A DNA stretch of 64,000 bases. Origin: an uncultured SAR86 cluster bacterium (GTDB lineage Bacteria > Pseudomonadota > Gammaproteobacteria > Magnimaribacterales > D2472). This document shows, one piece after another, positions 9,866 to 16,131 of this stretch. Within the stretch, counting starts at the first letter, position 1; each line of letters opens with the position of its first letter. Below the pieces are notes generated by a model. That model worked only from the letters and a program-made list of their open reading frames with translations. It did no database searches and was not told the origin of the DNA. Made by a program: the position numbers and the translations under genes. The stretch lies in the NCBI GenBank assembly GCA_902586925.1, contig CACIJE010000001.1:5720-69719 (forward strand), read 5' to 3'.

Positions 9866-10116
9866 GAGTGGCGCCCTTGCATAATTTTACTCATACCAGG
9901 GCGCATCTATAGTGATCCGTTGCATATAGATGCTTTAACAAGCTCACCTAACAAGGCGTCTTTCACTTTGCATATAGATGCTTTAACAAGCTTAGCTAAC
10001 AAACGTCCTTGTTCTTGATTTTCCGCAAAGCTAATGTGCTTTTGTACTAATAACATAAAATATCGATAAATATTACGGTAATAATCAATGTTTAATAAAA
10101 TATGCCACTCAATCAA
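9866..10116 (-). ncRNA. putative structured non-coding RNA, copy A
   Basis: Several helices with compensatory changes relative to copy B; G-U pairs favour the minus strand; lies just downstream of operator 4. Confidence 0.6.
9920..10007. repeat. internal tandem duplication with 48-bp period
   Basis: TTGCATATAGATGCTTTAACAAGCT is identical at 9920-9944 and 9968-9992. Confidence 0.9.
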
Positions 10117-10139
10117 CTATGAAAATTATTTATCAATCA

Positions 10140-10158
10140 TGCGACATAATAGGTCGGA
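10140..10158. promoter_or_regulatory. palindromic operator copy 4
   Basis: TGCGACA-TAATA-GGTCGGA. Confidence 0.65.
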
Positions 10159-10183
10159 CAAAAAGATATACTAGAATTGAAAT

Positions 10184-10379
10184 CGCCCTCGCATAATTTT
10201 ACTCATACGAGGGTGCTTCAATGTAGATCCGTAGCATAAGAAGATTTAACAAGCTCAGCTAAAAAAGCATCCTTGTATTGTTTTTTCCGCAAAGCTAATG
10301 TGCTTTTGTACTAATAACGTAAAATATCGATAAACATTACGGTTAAAAACAAGGTTTAATTAAATATGCCACCAAACCA
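10184..10379 (-). ncRNA. putative structured non-coding RNA, copy B
   Basis: Homologous to copy A with the same helices and no conserved reading frame; begins right after the stop of the 717-aa gene. Confidence 0.55.
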
Positions 10380-12533
10380 CTATGCCACTTCTGCAAGTAG
10401 TTGTTTTTTAAATTTCGAATGCTTCAGCATCGACTTATGAACAACTGATCTATAAGCATTATAGACATAGATTTTTTCTTTTTTATCTAATTCTGAGGTA
10501 TCTAATTTATAGAAATCATTTTTGTTTAGTAAAAATTTTGCGTATTCTGGATTAATTTTAAAAACACAATTTGAAATTGTTTTATGAAAACAATGTGTTC
10601 TAAGAATTAATTGTAAGATTGATAAATCCTGGTCACGACCTCCAGTCAACATTGGATTATGTAATAAATATTGTGCAATAAATAACCTATTTTTAAGCAA
10701 TTTAGATCCTCGAAGATCATCAGTTGATTCAATGTGTGGTGGAGGCACACTTATGATAAATTTAGAAAATTTATCTCCAGAAATAATAACTTTATTGAAA
10801 CAGTTTAAACATTTAAAATTTTTTCTATATACCTGCTTGATTAAACAGTGATTTTTTTTCCATTGAGGATAAATCTTAAGAACAGTTTGCATCTGTTTTA
10901 CTGAATAACTTTCTAAAGTTTCAAGAAAAAGATTTTTTGATTCTTCTGAAGAGTAGTGTTTAGATGCAAAATTCCAAAACTGAATTAATATATCAAGACT
11001 GTGTTTCTGTGAAACATAATATTTATATATTTTTTTTATCAAATCTTTATCTTTGTATGGATCTAAATTTAACTTTGAAAATCTATTTCCTCTTGAGGAT
11101 ATGAGATTTTGTGGCATCTTTCTCATGAAATATTTCTTAATATTGTATTGATCATCTCGTAGCATGTGAAAAGTATTTTGTATATGGTCATAATCTGCAT
11201 ATATCGATTGCGTTATAAGATACTTTCGTATTTTTGGACAATTTTTAATCATCAGCTTGACTAGGTTGTAATCAAAATCTAAAAGCTCATGGGATGAAAT
11301 ATTAAATGTAGAGCCATAGAATTTAAATACCCTGATTAGTTCTCTACATATTTTAAAATCGCTTTGCAAAATTGTTGGAAGCGCTAAATATGACTTTCCA
11401 ATTTTTCCTGATACATGAGATGCTTTTTCTGTAGAGCCTTGAAATAGATTTACCTGGCTAAATTTTTCATTTGGATTTAATTTTAGTTGTTCAAGCTCTT
11501 TTTTAATGTTTTGTAATTCCCTATAAAAGTTATCTTTATGTATTTTATAATCTGATAACTTAGCTGTTTCCATTTTATTTAAATTATTCTTTATCAAACT
11601 CAATTCAAAAATATCTATATTTCCATTATTTTTTTTACGGTGATGTGTTTTAGCAGCAAGTAATAAAAAGGCTTTTTTAGCTTTAGAAAGCTTTATATTT
11701 TTTTTAGACAAATCTAGAATTTCTTGATATTTAATTTTAGTTACTTTGCTTTCAGGACAATAATCAAAGTAATACTGAAGATCATTATCTGTTAAGTTTT
11801 TTAGATTGATATCAATATGTTGAAAACATTTATTTTTTACAATTTTTGTTGTTATTGTATCTATGTTCCTAATTTTTGAAGGGATGCAGTCGATTTGATT
11901 GGGATAGTTATCTATCATGCAAGATGCAATATCTAAATCGTATTGCATATCAGAGGTTAAATCACCATACGTAAAAATAACATCATTAGTATTTCTATTA
12001 TTTTTTGAAAAGCAGCCGTTATTTAGGGCTTTTAGAAGTTGATTTTTTTTGAGTTTTCTTCCTATTCCTTTATGCAGTGGTAATCCAAACTCAACCAGCT
12101 TTTGAGTTATTTCAGGATCATTTAAGACTTTAAATGATATGACTCTTACAAAAGATGTCGTATTAAAGCTTTTAGAATTTTTACTTAATAATTTTAATAA
12201 CAGTCCTTTATCTTCTCTGATGTATGAAGGCATAATCCCCCAGTCAAGCGGATGTTTTGAGTTTGTGATTACTTTTATATATAGATTTTTATGAGATATA
12301 TCTTTTGAAATTTTATATCTATGCAGCCTGCCAAGCCATCCTTGTAAAGACCAGTTATCATATCTTATTATAAAATTTAATAGGTCTACATCAGTAAGAT
12401 ATTTAAAAGGAATGGAATTAATATCCATTTTTTTACTTTTAATTTTTCTTAAAACACCTGCTTTGTTAAGCAAATGTTTTGTCTTAAAATCAAGGTAAAC
12501 AAACCCTGCAGATGATTTTGTTAAATAGTTCAT
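10380..12533 (-). CDS. large basic hypothetical protein, possibly with degenerate DUF4116-like repeats
   Basis: 717-aa ORF with segments like MPSYIREDKGLLLKLL, LTSDMQYDLDIA and LPTILQSDFKIC. Confidence 0.7.
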   Translation of the reverse strand: MNYLTKSSAGFVYLDFKTKHLLNKAGVLRKIKSKKMDINSIPFKYLTDVDLLNFIIRYDNWSLQGWLGRLHRYKISKDISHKNLYIKVITNSKHPLDWGIMPSYIREDKGLLLKLLSKNSKSFNTTSFVRVISFKVLNDPEITQKLVEFGLPLHKGIGRKLKKNQLLKALNNGCFSKNNRNTNDVIFTYGDLTSDMQYDLDIASCMIDNYPNQIDCIPSKIRNIDTITTKIVKNKCFQHIDINLKNLTDNDLQYYFDYCPESKVTKIKYQEILDLSKKNIKLSKAKKAFLLLAAKTHHRKKNNGNIDIFELSLIKNNLNKMETAKLSDYKIHKDNFYRELQNIKKELEQLKLNPNEKFSQVNLFQGSTEKASHVSGKIGKSYLALPTILQSDFKICRELIRVFKFYGSTFNISSHELLDFDYNLVKLMIKNCPKIRKYLITQSIYADYDHIQNTFHMLRDDQYNIKKYFMRKMPQNLISSRGNRFSKLNLDPYKDKDLIKKIYKYYVSQKHSLDILIQFWNFASKHYSSEESKNLFLETLESYSVKQMQTVLKIYPQWKKNHCLIKQVYRKNFKCLNCFNKVIISGDKFSKFIISVPPPHIESTDDLRGSKLLKNRLFIAQYLLHNPMLTGGRDQDLSILQLILRTHCFHKTISNCVFKINPEYAKFLLNKNDFYKLDTSELDKKEKIYVYNAYRSVVHKSMLKHSKFKKQLLAEVA

Positions 12534-13336
12534 ATGCTTAAAGAGGGTAAAGAGTTTTTGCTGTTTGCTAAATCTAATAACCTTTTTTTATGAGTTGCAA
12601 TAATAAAGGGGTCTGTATCAAACCTTTGACATCTTTTCTTATATTGCTGCCATATTAACTTAAAAATTTTTGGATCTTGCATCAAAGAATAGTCGAGCAC
12701 ATCGATTTGAATATTTTTAAGTTTTTTTATAAATTGTAGTCTATTATTTTTCTTTGAAAAAATCGCAGCTTCTATAAAGCATAAATATTTTTTTTCAGAC
12801 TTTTCAAGACAATCAAAATACTTACCATTTTCAATAATTATTTGTCTTTTTATATCTAAATTTGGATGAACATTAGTTAAAAATTTTATTAGCTCTGGAT
12901 TAGAGTTGCAACTGTATTCCTTTATATTCTGTGGCATATGATTAACTAAAAATGGAAAGGAGTCAGAAATCTTTTTTCCAATCTTATTGTTAAGCTTAGA
13001 TTTGTAAACTTTATAAAAAATATCTCGAACATCTTTTTTTATCTTATCAATTTTATTTTCGAATATATTTTGAGACATATGCTCATGGGCATATTTAAAA
13101 ACATTCCCTCTTTTATCTTTTCCTTGATCAATGATCAATCTTGTTTGCGAAAATTGTGGCCAAATATGATATTTGACCTTCTTGTTAGATGATTTTCTGT
13201 AAAATCCTCCATTGCCGCCAACAGAATCTATAAGCATTTGCATTTTCTCAATGTCATTTTTTAGTCCCATCCAATAGAAGTTTTCGTTTGCTATATGAGA
13301 CTCTCCTCTTGCCTCTTCTAATAATTTTATATTCAT
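12530..13336 (-). CDS. hypothetical protein (268 aa)
   Basis: ORF with a 4-bp overlap to the 717-aa gene. Confidence 0.7.
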   Translation of the reverse strand: MNIKLLEEARGESHIANENFYWMGLKNDIEKMQMLIDSVGGNGGFYRKSSNKKVKYHIWPQFSQTRLIIDQGKDKRGNVFKYAHEHMSQNIFENKIDKIKKDVRDIFYKVYKSKLNNKIGKKISDSFPFLVNHMPQNIKEYSCNSNPELIKFLTNVHPNLDIKRQIIIENGKYFDCLEKSEKKYLCFIEAAIFSKKNNRLQFIKKLKNIQIDVLDYSLMQDPKIFKLIWQQYKKRCQRFDTDPFIIATHKKRLLDLANSKNSLPSLSI

Positions 13337-13401
13337 TAACAGTATTTCTTATGTTTTGCCATTTACCTTATTGGTAATAGGAATAAATTTTTACTAAGAG
13401 T

Positions 13402-13420
13402 TGCGACATTTAGTGTCGCA
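13402..13420. promoter_or_regulatory. palindromic operator copy 5 (perfect arms)
   Basis: TGCGACA-TTTAG-TGTCGCA. Confidence 0.8.
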
Positions 13421-13435
13421 TAGAAGAATAAAACT

Positions 13436-13762
13436 TTAGTGATGATTTTCTATATCTGGAGGATCGCTTTTTATTAAATATTCAATATCTTCTGATTGTT
13501 CTTGTTTATGCCCAACGAGAATTATTATTTTATTGTTGCTTAGGACGCAAGTATAAATTCTTCCCTGATTATCATTTCCATTTGATATCTTATGAGTAAC
13601 TTCTTTCCAGTGCTTAGTTTTTTGTACATTTTTATAAGAGATATAGCTGTCTTTACTATGAATTTTATATATTACATCCTCCAGCTTCTGAGTATCTTTG
13701 AAATGCCTATAAACAGCTTTAAGACCCCTTGGTAATAAATTAATATTCGAGTATCTATCCAT
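13436..13762 (-). CDS. hypothetical protein, possible RelE/HigB-fold toxin
   Basis: C-terminal GRIY...IIILVGHKQEQSEDI resembles the RIY...LL.GxK..Q..DI pattern of HigB-like toxins. Confidence 0.5.
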   Translation of the reverse strand: MDRYSNINLLPRGLKAVYRHFKDTQKLEDVIYKIHSKDSYISYKNVQKTKHWKEVTHKISNGNDNQGRIYTCVLSNNKIIILVGHKQEQSEDIEYLIKSDPPDIENHH

Positions 13763-13788
13763 GCTTCTCTCAAATTGCGATACTAATA

Positions 13789-13807
13789 TGCGACATTTTA
13801 GGTCGCA
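13789..13807. promoter_or_regulatory. palindromic operator copy 6
   Basis: TGCGACA-TTTTA-GGTCGCA, with an extra half-site TGCGATA at 13776-13782. Confidence 0.75.
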
Positions 13808-14011
13808 TTGATTACAAATCTAAAAGCTGTCTATATTCTTGAAGCTCATATCTATTTGCAATATTTAAATATGAAAATAATGCGAAGGGTTACAGAGAAA
13901 AAAATGGTTCGCAGGAATGCGGTTCTTGAGATAAATTTACTTTAGTATTTACTTAAGCATCTTTGTAATTATGATTTATAAAAATTAAAAGTTATATTTC
14001 TATTCTAGGAA

Positions 14012-14272
14012 TTAATTTATAAGCTCCCAAACACCTCTTGGGCTATCCTTTGCTGATTTTAAAATCCCTTTTTGCCTGAGATGTGTTGCTGCCCATCTAT
14101 AATCATATTGCCATGTATAAAATAAGTCGCCAGATGTTTTTAAGTCTGTTTCATGATTTTTCCATATTATTTTGGCTATCTCTATTACATTTCCACTGCC
14201 ATTATTTTCGTAAAGAGCTTCTTCAACCCATTTTGAAAGAATAATTTTATTTGATGCTATCGCTTTACCCAT
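14012..14272 (-). CDS. stand-alone Mrr N-terminal-like winged-helix protein
   Basis: RWAATHLRQKGIL...PRGVWEL is typical of Mrr_N; GGAGG RBS. Confidence 0.65.
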   Translation of the reverse strand: MGKAIASNKIILSKWVEEALYENNGSGNVIEIAKIIWKNHETDLKTSGDLFYTWQYDYRWAATHLRQKGILKSAKDSPRGVWELIN

Positions 14273-14429
14273 TAGTACCTCCCTGAATTAATTTATTGAT
14301 TAACTATATTATCAAATATTGTTGGTAACATTTATTTCAAAAATATTAATATCGCACCATACAAAATAATAGTATTTATTTGCACATTTTAATGCTTGGT
14401 GTAAATTAATAACTACATGGGGACAAATT

Positions 14430-14774
14430 ATGAAAGAAGTAATTGATGTAATAAAGCTTTCTGCTTGCATTTCTGCACAAGATGGTGTGATTTCAAATAG
14501 AGAATTAGATACATGTCGTGAGCTTATAAGAGATGAGTACGGAGATCTTAGTGACGATTCATTTGATCAGGCAATTGATGATTTTTTTGATGAGAACCTT
14601 GATTTAGAGGATTATTTAGAGAAGGTTAAATCACATAAAATGGATAATCATTGCGTTTTAAAGATTAGCTATGAGTCAGCTATTAGTGATGGTTTTGATA
14701 TAAGAGAAAATTTAGCTTTCACAAAAGCATGTAAATTTTTTGACATACCAGAAGAGGAATTTATTGATGCCTGA
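14430..14774 (+). CDS. TerB-like protein
   Basis: AQDGVISNRE and AISDGFDIRE half-repeats. Confidence 0.65.
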   Translation: MKEVIDVIKLSACISAQDGVISNRELDTCRELIRDEYGDLSDDSFDQAIDDFFDENLDLEDYLEKVKSHKMDNHCVLKISYESAISDGFDIRENLAFTKACKFFDIPEEEFIDA

Positions 14775-16131
14775 GCTTGTTAACGGAAATCCATCTCCAA
14801 AATCTCATATCAAAACGTTAATGAGAATTGGCTACGATTTAAATTCTGCAGTTGCTGATATTATTGACAACTCAATATCTGCTGAAGCATCTGAAATTGC
14901 AGTAGCCTGTCCTCCTGATTCAAGTGAGCCTTATATCTTAATCTCTGATAATGGTATTGGAATGAACGAGGGTGAGCTTATTGAAAATATGCGAATCGGA
15001 TGCAAGGATCCAAGCTTGGAAAGAGATTTAAAAGATTTAGGAAGGTTTGGATCCGGGATGAAGACTGCAAGTTTTTCTCAAGCTAGAAAGCTAACTGTTA
15101 TTTCTAAAAAGAAAGGCTCCAATATTTGTGCGGCTTATTGGGATATAGATGAAATAGAGGAAACTGATACGTGGTGTCTAAAAAAATTAAATACCAATGA
15201 AATTAAAGATATACCTCAACTTAGCAATAATCCTATAAGTAAAAATGGAACATTATTAATATGGGAAAAGATTCCAAAATTTTTTATTAAAGATCATGTT
15301 AGCTTAGAAAAAGAGATTGCTTCTAACATGGTAGATTTAGCCAAATACATATCCTTACATTTTCATAAGTTTATGCAAGGTCCTAATAAAGTATCAATTT
15401 CTGTTCAGAATAGAGAATTAAAGCCATTAGATCCATTTCTAAAAGGACAGCCTGGATCGCAGGATGGGCCATCTGAGCCAATAAGAACAAAAAAAGGTAA
15501 AGTAACTGTAAATACTCATATTCTCCCCCATCCAAAAAGAATTTCAAAAAGTTTGATTGATGAGCATGGTGGAATTGATGAAATATATAAAAATCAAGGC
15601 CTATATATCTATAGAGCTAATAGATTAATTATTGCTGGGGGATGGATGGGGATATCTAATACTAACATCTTGGGCAATCTTGCTAGAGTTGAAATAAATA
15701 TTCCTGCCAGTTTAGATGATGAGTGGTCAACGGATGTAAAAAAGTCATCAATGCAGCTACCACCAAAAGTTAAAACTGTTTTAAAAAGACTTGGTAAAGT
15801 TCCTGTTGAAGGCTCTAAAAAAGAACATAATTATAGTGGCAATAAACAAATAGCTAATCAATATTGGGACATAATTGAAGATGAAGTTAAAAAAACAGTT
15901 AAATACCATATCTATCTTGATAATAATGAATTAAAGAGTTTTACCGAAGAACTTACAAAAGATAAAAAGATCGCTTTAAAAAAATACTTACAAAATCTTT
16001 GTATTAATCTTCCCTATTATCATATTTTTCAAAAACATGCTGCAGACCCTAAAGCAATTGAACAAAATGAAATTGATTTAGATACATTTATTAAGGCTCG
16101 TAAAGAACTAGACAAAATATGGAACACTTAA
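14767..16131 (+). CDS. GHKL (MORC/MutL-like) ATPase, MzaB-like
   Basis: AVADIIDNS, ISDNGIGM, LGRFGSGMKTAS, GT motifs; start ATG 14767. Confidence 0.88.
   Translation: MPELVNGNPSPKSHIKTLMRIGYDLNSAVADIIDNSISAEASEIAVACPPDSSEPYILISDNGIGMNEGELIENMRIGCKDPSLERDLKDLGRFGSGMKTASFSQARKLTVISKKKGSNICAAYWDIDEIEETDTWCLKKLNTNEIKDIPQLSNNPISKNGTLLIWEKIPKFFIKDHVSLEKEIASNMVDLAKYISLHFHKFMQGPNKVSISVQNRELKPLDPFLKGQPGSQDGPSEPIRTKKGKVTVNTHILPHPKRISKSLIDEHGGIDEIYKNQGLYIYRANRLIIAGGWMGISNTNILGNLARVEINIPASLDDEWSTDVKKSSMQLPPKVKTVLKRLGKVPVEGSKKEHNYSGNKQIANQYWDIIEDEVKKTVKYHIYLDNNELKSFTEELTKDKKIALKKYLQNLCINLPYYHIFQKHAADPKAIEQNEIDLDTFIKARKELDKIWNT

Larger units (their letters stand above)
9818..10384. repeat. two tandem diverged copies of a ~265-305 bp unit (operator/promoter plus structured element)
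   Basis: 9818-10121 aligns with 10122-10384. For example 10021-10079 vs 10285-10343 differ at only 2 of 59 positions. Confidence 0.92.

Noticed and set aside
9914-10026. GGA motifs in the putative RNA as a CsrB/RsmZ-type sponge
   Set aside because: Only about three GGA motifs, mostly not in short hairpin loops; too few to support the call.
9907-10116. 69-aa ORF in the track overlapping repeat copy A
   Set aside because: No RBS, the frame is broken in copy B, and the substitution pattern fits RNA pairing rather than codon conservation.
9866-10379. Possible retron msr-msd or group II intron remnant
   Set aside because: No reverse transcriptase in the window and no recognisable domain V. An RT outside the window cannot be excluded.
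9818-10384. Possible CRISPR array given a Cas4-like nuclease nearby
   Set aside because: Only two copies at each repeat scale, no unique spacers, and no cas1/cas2 or effector genes.
13808-14011. 200-bp gap with ATTACAAA/TTTGTAAT inverted repeat and a 24-codon ORF
   Set aside because: Short AT-rich match expected by chance, no RBS, and no similarity to the structured repeat.
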